Shown: positions 41,241 through 52,479, numbered from the stretch's first letter. The stretch is 64,000 nucleotides of DNA from an uncultured Nitrososphaeraceae archaeon (GCA_963779615.1 CAVZZA010000004.1:128001-192000), one strand, 5' to 3'. Made by a program: numbers and translations. The notes: generated from the letters alone by a model not told the origin.

Positions 41241-41606
41241 TCAGGATTTGGGGAAGGAAATATTCACTTCTTCTAATACTAGTATGGGGATATAAATAGA
41301 AAGCGTGTCTAATCCAATATGTTCTACAAAATTAAATTCCCCGGTGAGTCTCTTTAGCTGGATGAATTTTTTTTCAATTTTTTCGGTAGGAATAAAATAG
41401 TGGATTGTGGTTCCGCCTATATTTCCGGTTTGTATAAACAGGATCTCCTTATCATTCTTAACAGTGTGATAAAGCATAGGTATCAAACCTATTGGTGACT
41501 GAGAAGAGTATAAAATCACCTTTAACATATCCTCCAATGTTTTATATTTAAAAAAGGTGGCATTGTTGTTTAATCCTGATTCGCTATTGTTATAACTATT
41601 AGGCAC
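41241..41606 (-). CDS. conserved archaeal hypothetical protein
   Basis: 121-aa ORF convergent with cysS; FFKYKTLEDML...IPMLYH...IYIPILVLE. Confidence 0.65.
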   Translation of the reverse strand: MPNSYNNSESGLNNNATFFKYKTLEDMLKVILYSSQSPIGLIPMLYHTVKNDKEILFIQTGNIGGTTIHYFIPTEKIEKKFIQLKRLTGEFNFVEHIGLDTLSIYIPILVLEEVNISFPKS

Positions 41607-41710
41607 AGAACACGTTCTTTAATGCATTATAAAGATTTTTTTGTTAGGCACTTTTGATTGCAAAGGTAAAAAGTTAATTTATTATCCCATTTGATAATAA
41701 ACAACTATTA

Positions 41711-42202
41711 ATGAATAGGGACATTAAAAAAAAAATAATTGTTATTAGCTCCATATCAATTGTCATTGTAATTTTATTATTAACGACTAATTACCAGTCG
41801 ATTCAAACCTCTAAAGACAGCTATCCCGATTATTTGAAAACCACAATAGATGAGTCAGTAAAATTAACAAGAACATACCAGGATGAAATTGGCCTGTGGC
41901 AGAGAGGCAATTATTCCAACACCACAATGGCAAAAATCACGGAAACATTTTTGCCACAATTTATGAAACAGCTTAAAGATTTCAATGAAACTGCCCCATC
42001 TGAAAAATATGGTAAAGTAAAAGATAATTTTGTAAAATCATTTTCAAATGAGATCAAAAGCTATGAGTTTTTCAAAGACTACCTAATGACAAACAATTCA
42101 ACCGCAAACGAATTATCCAATGATTATTTGTCTGAAGCATTAAACTATGAGACAATTGCACGCAATGCTTTTACGGCCGGGGTGAATAACGGTAGCAGGT
42201 AA
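41711..42202 (+). CDS. membrane-anchored extracellular hypothetical protein
   Basis: KKK plus hydrophobic N-terminal anchor; several NxS/T sequons (NYS, NTT, NET, NNS, NST, NGS). Confidence 0.75.
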   Translation: MNRDIKKKIIVISSISIVIVILLLTTNYQSIQTSKDSYPDYLKTTIDESVKLTRTYQDEIGLWQRGNYSNTTMAKITETFLPQFMKQLKDFNETAPSEKYGKVKDNFVKSFSNEIKSYEFFKDYLMTNNSTANELSNDYLSEALNYETIARNAFTAGVNNGSR

Positions 42203-42611
42203 ATGACGGAATATTGTGTTGTTAGGAGCAATTGACAAATTAATCAATTGTTTATATCAATTAACTTTAGACAAGATACATACTCAAGGCACAAGATCTG
42301 TATTGGTAAAATCTGCAAATCCTAGCATGCTAGCGATGCCCGCAAACGTTATGGCAGCCACATGATAGCCTTTGATTTTTTTAGGGGTATTGTTTATCCT
42401 GTTATCTGCTGCAACTGCTATTGAATATGCCGTAAAAACAATATCCCTTAAAAACCAAAAGACAGCAATACAACAATTCCAGGCAGAGTTTAACACAGAC
42501 AGTTAGAGCCCGCCTGTCAGAGGTGATTTTGAAATTTCACTCCCCTTTACCAAATGCAACCAGGTAATGGAAAATTGTTCATGGTATCTTTAATTATGTG
42601 AATCTTCAATT

Positions 42612-44377
42612 ATGGTCCATTCCACTAAAATGGTAATGAGTAGGCTCTCTAGAAAGGTAAATGAATTGGGAATAATTTCGGTAATTTTGATTGTGGTTAT
42701 CTCATACGCTTTATTTTCCCATCTTCTACACGACAGAAAACAATATCAAACAGACTATTTGATCAGCAAAAGCAATCCAGTTCAAGTCTACAAAAGCCCT
42801 ATCGGAACACATTAGTTTAGACCTTGGCGCGGTTATGAAAGACTCAAGGCTTGGCTAATTCTGCATATATACAGAATGGACAAGTATCAGATAATAAAAC
42901 CAAAAGATTAATGGAAGAAAGCTATCCCCATATCAACTCAACAGCAGATAGGCTTTTCATTCTAGACAAAAATAACGTTTTAAAAATAAATATGGTCCCA
43001 GATGGACAGAAAAGTTTCATTGGAATGACATATCATTCGTAGATTGGTTGAGGGAAACCAACACAAAACACAAGCCAGTATACTCAAATGGCCATGTTTG
43101 GCTTGATGGCAATTACAGGATAGGAGTGGCCTACCCTATATAAAACAGAGAAACAGGAGAGCACAATGGACTATAGGTGCAGTAATACCTACAGAGAGCT
43201 TCTTTGCCCATTATGGGAATGTTCATGATATCAACTCACAGTTTTTAGTTGTCTTTGATAAGAATGCAACACTGTTGGCTGTAGGTGCAAGCAAGACTTT
43301 GGTAGGAAAGAACTTTTTTGGCGGTGATACGCAGGGGTTTGTCCACCACAATCAAGTTCTAAACGATTTAACACATAGCCTCCTGGATGGCAATTTGGGG
43401 TCTGGGGTTTATGACTACGGCGGAGGTGAACGGTTAAATACGTGTTATCCAATTTTTTTAAATGGTAAACCCACCTTTTTGTCTAGGTAGTGACACCTAC
43501 GGCATCAATCTATTCTCAAGTCAATGAGGTTCTGTCAACACAAAGACGAGACATTTTCACTTCTTGCTGGCACCACTGCTGCGATTGTAGTATTAATAAT
43601 ATTTTTAATGAAATGGACCGGCACATTAGATGATGAAGTAAAAGAAGGACAAGGGAACTGAATGAATCAAACAAGAAACTTGGATTAGCAAATGAGCAGT
43701 TGAAGATCCATGATAAATGCAAGAGGAGTTTATCAACATAGCAAGCCATGAAATAAAGACACCGACCCAAGCCATATTGGGGTTCTCTAATCTATTGCAA
43801 AATCATCCTGAAATAAAAGATGAAATGGTTCAAGGTATATCTGGAAACGTTGATAGGCTTCAAAGACTTACCATTGATATACTGGATGTCACAAAAATAG
43901 AGAGCCAGACATTAAGGGTGAGAAAAGAGCGGTTCAAACTAAATGACTTGGTTTCAAATGTTGTACAAGATTATAGGCGCCAGCTTGAAAAAAAATGCTG
44001 GAGTAAAATTATTGTATAATGACAATGAACATAGCAAAGATAATGATGACCTTGATATCTTTGTTCATGCCGATAGGGAAAGAATATCTCAGGTTATTTC
44101 TAATTTGTTAAGTAATGCTATAAAATTTACAAAACAGGGATTCATATCCATTAATGTAATGTTGAAAAAAGAAAAAGGCAATAACCAGGAGGTTATCGTT
44201 AGCATAAGGGACACTGGGACCGGTATAGACCCCGAAATATTGCCAAGGCTATTCTCAAAATTTGCTACAAAATCAGACATGGGTGGTACCGGATTGGGAT
44301 TGTTTATCTCCAAAAGCATTATGGAGGCTCATGGCGGGGAGGTTTGGGCTGAGAGCAATAAAGATGGGGAGAAGGGA
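42612..44377 (+). pseudogene. membrane sensor histidine kinase pseudogene (sensor domain-HisKA-HATPase)
   Basis: Fragments in several frames: TM segment, sensor pieces, EFINIASHEIKTP (H-box), QVISNLLSNAIKF, DTGTGI, GTGLGL; many frameshifts and stops. Confidence 0.88.
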
Positions 44378-44379
44378 GT

Positions 44380-44900
44380 ATGGTCAAACCATACATGATA
44401 GCGACAGACAGCATACTTGTCAAAGCCAACAAAGGTCATGTATAGCACAAATCATCAATGGAAAAAGGACTAGTTTCACACTCAGGTATTGACACAGATG
44501 CTAAGGGGTTTCAGCCATGCCAAGGGATGGACATTTGGGTGCGTTGCAGGAAATCAAGTAATGGCTCCATTGCTATTCCTTCATCGGCCGGTGCCACAAC
44601 CGCAAATGTACAGGACAATCAAGCGTATGAAGGATTAACATCAAGCATACCTTTAGAAACAATAATGAAAGCGAGTTTTATGGCTGTAGGCCCTCCAGCA
44701 TACGATGATCAGGACCTTTAGGAGTTGAGCATGGGTTTGGGGTTCCATCTTGGTGTCCAGTCCGTCAATACAGAAGTACTCCAACAGAAAGGATTGAAAT
44801 AGAAGATTTCTATGAATCCGCTCTGGGACAGGTTGTTTACTACAACTATGAGATGCAAAAGGACAATCCACGGGCAATCACGTATGTGATAGGCTGTTAA
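44380..44900 (+). mobile_element. DDE (IS4/IS5-superfamily-type) transposase remnant
   Basis: MIATDSILVKANKGHV*HKSSMEKG..SGIDTDA, TTANVQDNQAY, PAYDDQDL and NPRAITYVIGC* across shifted frames. Confidence 0.75.
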
Positions 44901-45282
44901 TGAGACTCCAAATTATGATGGTAAGATTTGTTGTTAAAATGAATTATGACCCAGCTTCAAATAAATAACAACAGGCACAGAAAAGAAGGACTGACTTTTT
45001 CAATTATAAATCTGTTAACTGTGCCAATCCTCACTTACATTATCCTTGAAATCTCTAGTCTGCTATGCACTTGGCTATCCAACTGTGCAACTTATAGTTG
45101 CCAAGTACCCAAAATGAAAGGAATTGTGTTTGTGTGAACCATCCTAAAAAACTCTCACTGACTTTTACAAACCGTTTCTTTACTTTGTTGTATATTCAAA
45201 CATCTTTCCTTAATACAACCATTTTTAAGCCAATATCGCTAATAAACAAACATCTATAATACTTTATTTAAAATAAATTGTA

Positions 45283-46269
45283 TTGAAGATAAGCTTATCG
45301 TCTTACAATCATCTAACATGTATTAAACACAAAGATAAAAAACATTATCTTGCTTTGGAGAGTTATATTACTGATCCTTTAAATAATAATGATTGCAAAG
45401 AGGGAATGTTAACCTGTAATGATTGTTATCAAACGTACCCAATTATCGATGGTATTGCTATAATTGTTAATAATTTTGTTGAATACTGTTCTGAAAGGAT
45501 GATAACATTTGGGAAATGGCTTTTGGAGGTAGAAAGCGATAAATTAAAAAATTTTCTCAAAGATGTTGTTGCTTGTATAGATAGGAGAAACATTAAAGAC
45601 AATAAATACGAAAATGACGGCCTATATTATCAGAGCTACAAATGGCTTCACAACGAAAATTTTGAAAGCGATAAATTTCTTCACCTACTAAGATGGAAAA
45701 TAAAACCGTCGGATGTATACAGAAAGTTAGCTTCAAGCGTAATTTATAATCCGGAGGGTATGGGATTAGATTTAGGATGCGCTCTGGGCTTGTCAACATT
45801 TGAAATTGCCAAAAAATTTTCATTCGTTATTGGTGTAGATACGTCATTTTCCTTTATCAAAGAAGCCAGAAAAAAATCCAAGGAACAGGGGATAACCAAT
45901 ACAGAATTCATAGTCTCAGATATCATGAGCCTTCCTTTCAAAAATCAAAAATTTGATCTCATATTTGGACTAAACATTGTTGAATTTGTTCCAATAAACA
46001 AATTATTGGAGGTGGCGCATGACCTTTTAAAACCCCACTGTACCTTTATAATTACCTCTCCATATGATTACAATCGAGAAAATGTCTATGAGCAGAAGAT
46101 GGATGACATTTTGATGAGAAAAACAATCGAAAAGAATGGCTTTGAAATTTCACACAGAACCAAAAATGAATCGTTTATCCCATGGATGCTAAAAATAAAC
46201 GAAAGAACATATCTTTTCTATTTCCTTGACTTCATTGAAGCGAAAAAAATATCCAAGCACAAATATTAA
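45283..46269 (+). CDS. class I SAM methyltransferase with N-terminal Trm112-like zinc-ribbon domain
   Basis: LTCIKH...EGMLTCNDCYQTYPIIDGIAII; GLDLGCALG, IGVDTS, FIVSDIMSLPF, FDLIF, LLKP. Confidence 0.85.
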   Translation: MKISLSSYNHLTCIKHKDKKHYLALESYITDPLNNNDCKEGMLTCNDCYQTYPIIDGIAIIVNNFVEYCSERMITFGKWLLEVESDKLKNFLKDVVACIDRRNIKDNKYENDGLYYQSYKWLHNENFESDKFLHLLRWKIKPSDVYRKLASSVIYNPEGMGLDLGCALGLSTFEIAKKFSFVIGVDTSFSFIKEARKKSKEQGITNTEFIVSDIMSLPFKNQKFDLIFGLNIVEFVPINKLLEVAHDLLKPHCTFIITSPYDYNRENVYEQKMDDILMRKTIEKNGFEISHRTKNESFIPWMLKINERTYLFYFLDFIEAKKISKHKY

Positions 46270-46371
46270 CCAGATATAATAATACATTAAATATTTATAG
46301 AATCTTGTTTTAAAAATATTGTGGGAATTTATGGTACGTAATTTTGATCTAAAATCTACTAATAGGGGCTA

Positions 46372-47409
46372 GTGGAGAAAGGTAGTAGTATAATGAAAGT
46401 TGTGTTTACATCGTCTAATTCCTCTAATTCTTTTTTAGATTATGACGATTCTGAAATTGAAAACAGTGATATTTCCTCAAACTATTCATTACAAATCTTT
46501 GGAAAACCTATAGTGACACGAAATATAGAAATCCTTGATTCACTATACGATATTGAAAAAATAGTAATACCAAAAAAACTAGGATTTTTGACATCAATAA
46601 TGAGTTCCTCCTATGATGGGGAGGTTGAGGAGATTGATAACAACGAGTATGAAAAGTCAGTAGAGAATGGTTTTGGTGATAAGGCGGAAAAAGGTGACCC
46701 TTTTAACTCTTGTGATGGGGCAAAAAACAACTCTATTGAAAAATTCAACAATACGCAAAGTGTATTGGTTTCCAATAAAACTAAACTGCTTTTACCAGAT
46801 AATGTCATATTGGGAAAAGACTCAACAAAAAAGAACTTAAAGTTTCATCTGTTCCGGTATCCGTGGGAGTTTTTGGAAATAGTTAATGAAATCTTACAAA
46901 ATGAAATAAAGACAACATGCATCTCAAACACATCCAACATTGCCAAATCGTCAATAATTGAGGGACCTTGTGTTATAGAGGATAATGTTACAATAGATGA
47001 TTTTGTAAAGGTAAAAGGTCCGGCGTATATTGGAAAAGGGTGTTTCATAGGAATGGGATCCTTGGTAAGAAATTGCATGTTGGACTACAATACCAATGTA
47101 GGGTTTAATTGCGAAATTGGTAAATCATATTTTGCTGGCAATGATAAAATATCACACCATAATGTCATATTGGACAGTGTGATAGGAAAAAATGTATGGT
47201 TTGGTGGATACTCAGGAACTGCGAATGTGCTTTTAAACCGCAAGAATGTTTGTTTTAAGATTGAGGGCAAATTGCTTGATACTGGTAGGCTTCATTTTGG
47301 TGCAGTTGTCTCTAACAATAGTTCTATAGGCGCAGCAGTGATTATATTGCCCGGAAGGAAAATACCGCCAAATTCTGTTATTCAAGCCGGCACAGTATTT
47401 GCAAAATAA
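46372..47409 (+). CDS. GlmU-like hexapeptide-repeat acyltransferase with a degenerate nucleotidyltransferase domain
   Basis: YPWEFLE, IEGPCVI, VKGPAYIG, HHNVILDSVIG, GAVV, ILPG; the N-terminal GxGxR motif is absent. Confidence 0.75.
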   Translation: MEKGSSIMKVVFTSSNSSNSFLDYDDSEIENSDISSNYSLQIFGKPIVTRNIEILDSLYDIEKIVIPKKLGFLTSIMSSSYDGEVEEIDNNEYEKSVENGFGDKAEKGDPFNSCDGAKNNSIEKFNNTQSVLVSNKTKLLLPDNVILGKDSTKKNLKFHLFRYPWEFLEIVNEILQNEIKTTCISNTSNIAKSSIIEGPCVIEDNVTIDDFVKVKGPAYIGKGCFIGMGSLVRNCMLDYNTNVGFNCEIGKSYFAGNDKISHHNVILDSVIGKNVWFGGYSGTANVLLNRKNVCFKIEGKLLDTGRLHFGAVVSNNSSIGAAVIILPGRKIPPNSVIQAGTVFAK

Positions 47410-47499
47410 AAGATACTGTGTTTAATTATTTACATCAATTACAAATTCTGACAACTGTGACTATTGAAAGACAAAAACAAATAATTAATGAAGTTTGTT

Positions 47500-48726
47500 T
47501 TATCTAAGCAACCATGGAACCACAAAAGCCAAGGCAACAATCAATATAGTTCCATATGTAAGAATCTTTGATGCGCTGCGGATTATTCCTTTCTTGTTTT
47601 CTGTTTTTTTATCAATTATTGTATTGTATAGCTGACCCCCATCCAGAGGACCAATTGGCAAAGCGTTAAAAATAGCCACGTTGAAGTTAATGAACCATAG
47701 CCAAAAGAAAAGGTTAGCAGGTATTGCAAAATATGACCCAAATATTGGCGATGAATATTTATCATGCATAAGGGTAGAATACGGAATATTTCCCTGTGCT
47801 AGGGTTGGTGGTGCCAATAACGCGATAGGGTTTGAACCAAACAAGGAATTATACGTATCTAATACTTTTTTAGGATCAGCAACTCCAGCGATTGTCACAC
47901 CCAAAATTCCTTTGCCCTGCTCTCTTTGTTTTGGCAATGTAGCTTGTTTAGTAATCTTTTCTCCTTTTTCATTTAACCATGTAATTGAAACGGCTTTCCC
48001 AAGGTTGCCACCCAAGTTTTCATTTAAATCGACAGCACTTTTAATTTCTTTATTCTGTATCTGCTGAATGATTGAGCCTTTTGTTAACCCTACTGATTCT
48101 GCTATTGAGTTTTTATTGATGTCTGTTATTATTACTCCAAAAATGTTTGGATTTATAGGTTGAGTTACAGTTAAACTAGAGGTTATTAAAAATATGAAAA
48201 ATAGCGAAACAATGGCTAAAATTATGTTACTCATGGGTCCTGCAGTCATGATTGAGCTTTTTTGTTTGATGGATATTTTATCGAGTTCGTCTCGCTCAAT
48301 GTTAACAAAGGCACCAATGGGCAGGAAAAGCAATAACACTATACCTGTAGAATCCACCCTTACACCATGTACCCTTGCAACTATCCCATGACCTCCTTCA
48401 TGAATAATTATTGTTACAACCAGAGCTATCCACCCTTCGGCTATTGGCAGATAGGGATTCAAACCTGGAATTAACAAATTGGATTGAGGCCCGATTCCCC
48501 TTGCGCCTTCTCTAACCACCTCGCTTGAGAAAAGAGTGATAATGGAGCCTATGATTAAAAATAAAGCCATAGCTGTTATAATAGGCATCAAATAGGTAGT
48601 AAACCTGGCATAAAATTTTGCAGCTCTTGTTTGAGCTATCTTGTCAAAAAATTTTAAGCCAAAAGGAGTATGAATTAAAATTAAAGGTAGTTTTACATCA
48701 AACTTTATTTTTGATTGTTGTTGCAA
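47500..48726 (-). CDS. site-2 protease (M50) with PDZ domain
   Basis: IIHEGGHG (HExxH), GAFV, AGPMSN, PDZ-like segment, FNALPIGPLDGG. Confidence 0.92.
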   Translation of the reverse strand: MQQQSKIKFDVKLPLILIHTPFGLKFFDKIAQTRAAKFYARFTTYLMPIITAMALFLIIGSIITLFSSEVVREGARGIGPQSNLLIPGLNPYLPIAEGWIALVVTIIIHEGGHGIVARVHGVRVDSTGIVLLLFLPIGAFVNIERDELDKISIKQKSSIMTAGPMSNIILAIVSLFFIFLITSSLTVTQPINPNIFGVIITDINKNSIAESVGLTKGSIIQQIQNKEIKSAVDLNENLGGNLGKAVSITWLNEKGEKITKQATLPKQREQGKGILGVTIAGVADPKKVLDTYNSLFGSNPIALLAPPTLAQGNIPYSTLMHDKYSSPIFGSYFAIPANLFFWLWFINFNVAIFNALPIGPLDGGQLYNTIIDKKTENKKGIIRSASKILTYGTILIVALAFVVPWLLR

Positions 48727-48932
48727 TTAAATATTATAAACTCGGTTATTATTTAAATTGATCACAATGTGAGATTATTCCGATAAATTAGTATACAATA
48801 TCAAAGAAATCAGTAACTTGTAAATAATAACATTTGTTGATTATTTGAAGGTGAAAAAAATCGTTAATGTGATCATTCTTTTATAACTGATTTTCTTGTT
48901 TGATAAAGCGGGAATCAACTACTATACTAATG

Positions 48933-49325
48933 CTAACCTTTTGCTCTGACTATTTTTATTTTATCAAGCACTTTCCAATATTCCACTTCACCACCTTGGG
49001 TTATCTTGTCTCGGATCTCATCTTCTACTGCCGAGGTTTCAAAGACCTCAAAGGATTCAAGATCCATAATTTGCAGGGTCTGACCTGAAATGGAGATTAT
49101 TTGACCATTTTTCTTATTAATGAGAGGCACTTCGACATTCGCGGACACAGGGGAAACCATGCTGTGTCTTGAGCCATCAAAAACACCAATGGCTGCCACC
49201 CGAGCTTTGGCAGAACCATGCTTGCCTGGTTTACTGTGATCATAAGACACAATTCTACAAGGCTCACCGTCAATAATAATATAAGATCCAACCTTTAAAC
49301 TACCTAGATCCATTGGTTTACTCAA
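48933..49325 (-). CDS. eif5a: translation elongation factor aIF5A
   Basis: SKPGKHGSAKAR hypusine loop. Confidence 0.96.
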   Translation of the reverse strand: MSKPMDLGSLKVGSYIIIDGEPCRIVSYDHSKPGKHGSAKARVAAIGVFDGSRHSMVSPVSANVEVPLINKKNGQIISISGQTLQIMDLESFEVFETSAVEDEIRDKITQGGEVEYWKVLDKIKIVRAKG

Positions 49326-49663
49326 TAATACTCAAAAAAATTGAATAGTAAGCATATTTAACAGTTATGGTATTTCAGTCTTAAGCTACACATAGGAATT
49401 GATTTACCCAATGGGTTACCTAATTAAATTAGCTGTATGTGATAACCTTAATAAAATTTTTGTATTCCGGATTGATGAAAACAAAGAAAAAACAACAACG
49501 ATTCCTTTTTTTTAACAGTATTGTAAAAAGGATTATAACATATTTTTATACGTAAATGATAAAATTTTGGCCTGTTATTTACGGGTGCAAAAACAAACAA
49601 AAATCTGTTTCACTGTTAAAACATTTTTAGGATTGTCATTATCTTTGTTAAACTAGAATCATA

Positions 49664-51016
49664 TTGAAAAAAGCACTAACCATCGCTGGAAGCGATTCCT
49701 CCGGTGGAGCAGGAATTCAAGCAGATATTAAAACCTTCTCGGCACTGGGTGTTTATGGCACAACGGTTATTACTGTTTTAACAGCTCAAAATACAAAAAC
49801 TGTTTCGGATGTGTTTGTAACCCCCCCAAAATTTTTTAAAAATCAACTGTTAACAACCATGGAGGATATTGAACCCAACGTAATCAAGATAGGGGTGTTA
49901 TACGATAGATCCATCATTGAAATAGTTCATGAGACGCTGAAACCGTTGAGAATTCCCATAGTTTTAGATCCTGTTTTATACTCTGGAACCGGGGCTGAAC
50001 TTTTACACCAGACATCCTATGAAGATTTCAAAAAAATAATAATTCCGCTTTCACTTGTGATAACTCCAAATTTGGTTGAAGCGGAGATATTGTGCGGAAA
50101 TAAATTGTATTCTGAAAAGGAAATAGTTGAAGCAGCATATAAAATCATAGAATTGGGATCCCGCAATGTAGTAATTAAAGGCGGACATCTATCAAAAGAG
50201 GATACAAAAGTATTTGATATTTTAGTGGAAGGGGGAAGCGGCAAAATAACAAAAGTATTCAACAATCGGTTAAAAATCGGTGAAACTCACGGAACGGGCT
50301 GTAACTTTTCCTCCTCTCTGGCTTCCTTCATAGCTAAGGATTACACAATCAAAGAGTCCTTTTCCTTGGCTAATGAATACGTGAAGGAGGGATTGATGAG
50401 CATACTTCAAATTGGAAAGGGTGTTGGGGTAACAAATCCGTTATCCGGCCTTCATGAAAACTCTTCCAGATATAACATAGTTACTTCTTTACATAACAAT
50501 ATAAAAATATTGGAAGAATTAAAAGACTTTTTTCTTTTGATTCCCGAAACAAAAACAAACTTTGTCTATTCGCTTGAAAGCCCAAAAGTTTTAATGGATG
50601 TTGCGGGGGTTTCAGGTAGAATTACCAATATGGGGACCAGAATCAGGAGCCCAAATGTTGTGGAATTTGGTGCATCCAGTCATGTAGCAAATGCAGTTAT
50701 TACGGCAAATAAATTCAACCATTCATTTCGCTCAGCAATAAACATTAAAAACGAGAAGAAAATTTTAGAGGTCTGCAAAGCAAACTTTGTGTGTTCATCG
50801 TATTCAAGGGGCGAGGAGCAAATCGAAAATAAAAGCAAAGAGGGCCATACAATCAGCTGGGGAATTAAAAATGCGATGGAAATAAAACATGATGCCGAAT
50901 TGGTGTTTCATGATGGTGATTATGGGAAGGAGCCAATGATTATGGTTTTTGGTAAAGATCCTAGTGCAATAATTGACAAAATAAAAACAATAATTTTTAA
51001 ATTAAATAGTACCTAA
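49664..51016 (+). CDS. thiD: bifunctional HMP/HMP-P kinase and thiamine-phosphate synthase (ThiDN)
   Basis: TIAGSDSSGGAGIQADIKT, ITPN, HGTGC; C-terminal ThiN motifs IPETKTNF, FGASSHVA, GDYGKEPMI. Confidence 0.93.
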   Translation: MKKALTIAGSDSSGGAGIQADIKTFSALGVYGTTVITVLTAQNTKTVSDVFVTPPKFFKNQLLTTMEDIEPNVIKIGVLYDRSIIEIVHETLKPLRIPIVLDPVLYSGTGAELLHQTSYEDFKKIIIPLSLVITPNLVEAEILCGNKLYSEKEIVEAAYKIIELGSRNVVIKGGHLSKEDTKVFDILVEGGSGKITKVFNNRLKIGETHGTGCNFSSSLASFIAKDYTIKESFSLANEYVKEGLMSILQIGKGVGVTNPLSGLHENSSRYNIVTSLHNNIKILEELKDFFLLIPETKTNFVYSLESPKVLMDVAGVSGRITNMGTRIRSPNVVEFGASSHVANAVITANKFNHSFRSAINIKNEKKILEVCKANFVCSSYSRGEEQIENKSKEGHTISWGIKNAMEIKHDAELVFHDGDYGKEPMIMVFGKDPSAIIDKIKTIIFKLNST

Positions 51017-51052
51017 TGTTTTAAATAACAATAATTTTTCATAAAATATATT

Positions 51053-51766
51053 ATGAAGGCTGTGATTTTAGCAGGGGGTCTGGGAACAAGATTACAACCC
51101 TATACTTTTTTTATACCTAAACCAATGCTGCCATTGGGAAATAAACCATTGTTAGAGTATCTTGTAGAGTGGCTACATGATTCCGGAAAAATTGATCAAA
51201 TAGTATTATGTGTAAGCTACCTTCACAGAACAATAGAAGACTATTTTGAGGATGGATCACGATTTGGCATAGAAATAAAATATGCGAGATCAGAAAGGCC
51301 GTTGGCTACCGCCGGTCAATTGAAAACAGCATCCAAATACCTGAACGAAACATTTGTTTGTTTGTATGGGGACTCTATATATGAATTTCCACTCAACACA
51401 ATGATTGATAATCATCTAAGTTCAGATACTTTTATCTCAATGGCCCTTGCTAATTACAAAACCAAACTAAAGTATGGGTTTATAGATGTTTCCTCCGATA
51501 AAGAGAAACTTGTTACTGACTGGAGGGAAAAGCCAGAGGTTTCGGGTTTGATAAATATTGGGTGCTATATATTTGAACCAGATTTTCTAAATTTCATACC
51601 AAACTCAGCCTCCTTTGGGATGGATGATGCTGTAAGGGAGTCCATAAACCGCGATAAAAAGGTCAAAGCATTCATAGTGGAGAACGAAGGCTTTATAGAC
51701 ATTGGTGACAAAAAATCGTATTTGGATGCATACAAACAATATGTAAAGAAACTTGGAAAGATATAG
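51053..51766 (+). CDS. sugar-phosphate nucleotidyltransferase (NTP_transferase family)
   Basis: ILAGGLGTRLQP...PKPML, TAG, YGD, EKP, DIG. Confidence 0.9.
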   Translation: MKAVILAGGLGTRLQPYTFFIPKPMLPLGNKPLLEYLVEWLHDSGKIDQIVLCVSYLHRTIEDYFEDGSRFGIEIKYARSERPLATAGQLKTASKYLNETFVCLYGDSIYEFPLNTMIDNHLSSDTFISMALANYKTKLKYGFIDVSSDKEKLVTDWREKPEVSGLINIGCYIFEPDFLNFIPNSASFGMDDAVRESINRDKKVKAFIVENEGFIDIGDKKSYLDAYKQYVKKLGKI

Positions 51767-51780
51767 TTTCAGTGTTAAAA

Positions 51781-52479
51781 TCAGACAATAATATTCTTTA
51801 TTTGGTTTGATATTTTTTTGAATGTGGATTCACTGTACCTTAAATGTTTATAGTAAGGAATGATCCCCAATACTGGTATTTTTGTCAACTTTTCTACAAA
51901 CGATGGGGTTGCCCTCTCCACAGCAGTGGGCTTTTCTGGCATTTTGTTAAAGATCATCCCTTTAATAGGAATACCATAGTCTCTGCATGCTTTAATTGTT
52001 AACAATGTGTGGTTTATTGTTCCTATTTTTGGTGTTGAAATAATAATCAGCGATAATTTTGTTAATTTGACAAAGTCCACTAAATTATACATTTTATTTA
52101 AAGGAACCATTATGCCACCTATTCCCTCAACTACAATAAAGTCATATTTTTTCTTTAAGTATTTAAATTTTTGAATTGCTGTATCAATACTTGGTGGTTT
52201 TGTTTTCAGTATCCTACTTGCCATATAAGGAGATGCGGGCACCTGGTAAAAATATGGATTTAGATACCTTTGATCTTCTTCCAACCTTCTTATTGATTTT
52301 GACAATAGGAATAGATCCTTAGAATTGTATTTATCGGAAAAAATCTTATCGGAAGTTGCAAAGGGCTTCATTACACATATTTTTTCATAATAGTGGGATA
52401 ATTTCCACGCTAGAGACGCAGAAATCAATGTTTTTCCAACATCAGTATCAGTTCCTGTTACAAAAATCCCACCTGGCAA
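51781..52479 (-). CDS. bioD: dethiobiotin synthetase
   Basis: FVTGTDTDVGKT, KP, VEGIGG, GTINHTLLT. Confidence 0.93.
   Translation of the reverse strand: MPGGIFVTGTDTDVGKTLISASLAWKLSHYYEKICVMKPFATSDKIFSDKYNSKDLFLLSKSIRRLEEDQRYLNPYFYQVPASPYMASRILKTKPPSIDTAIQKFKYLKKKYDFIVVEGIGGIMVPLNKMYNLVDFVKLTKLSLIIISTPKIGTINHTLLTIKACRDYGIPIKGMIFNKMPEKPTAVERATPSFVEKLTKIPVLGIIPYYKHLRYSESTFKKISNQIKNIIV

Noticed and set aside
42284-42496. 70-aa minus-strand ORF
   Set aside because: Upstream frame is interrupted; no identifiable homology.
44946-45137. 63-aa ORF with a possible IS end (TTAACTGTGCC)
   Set aside because: Too short and degenerate to assign; no partner TIR.
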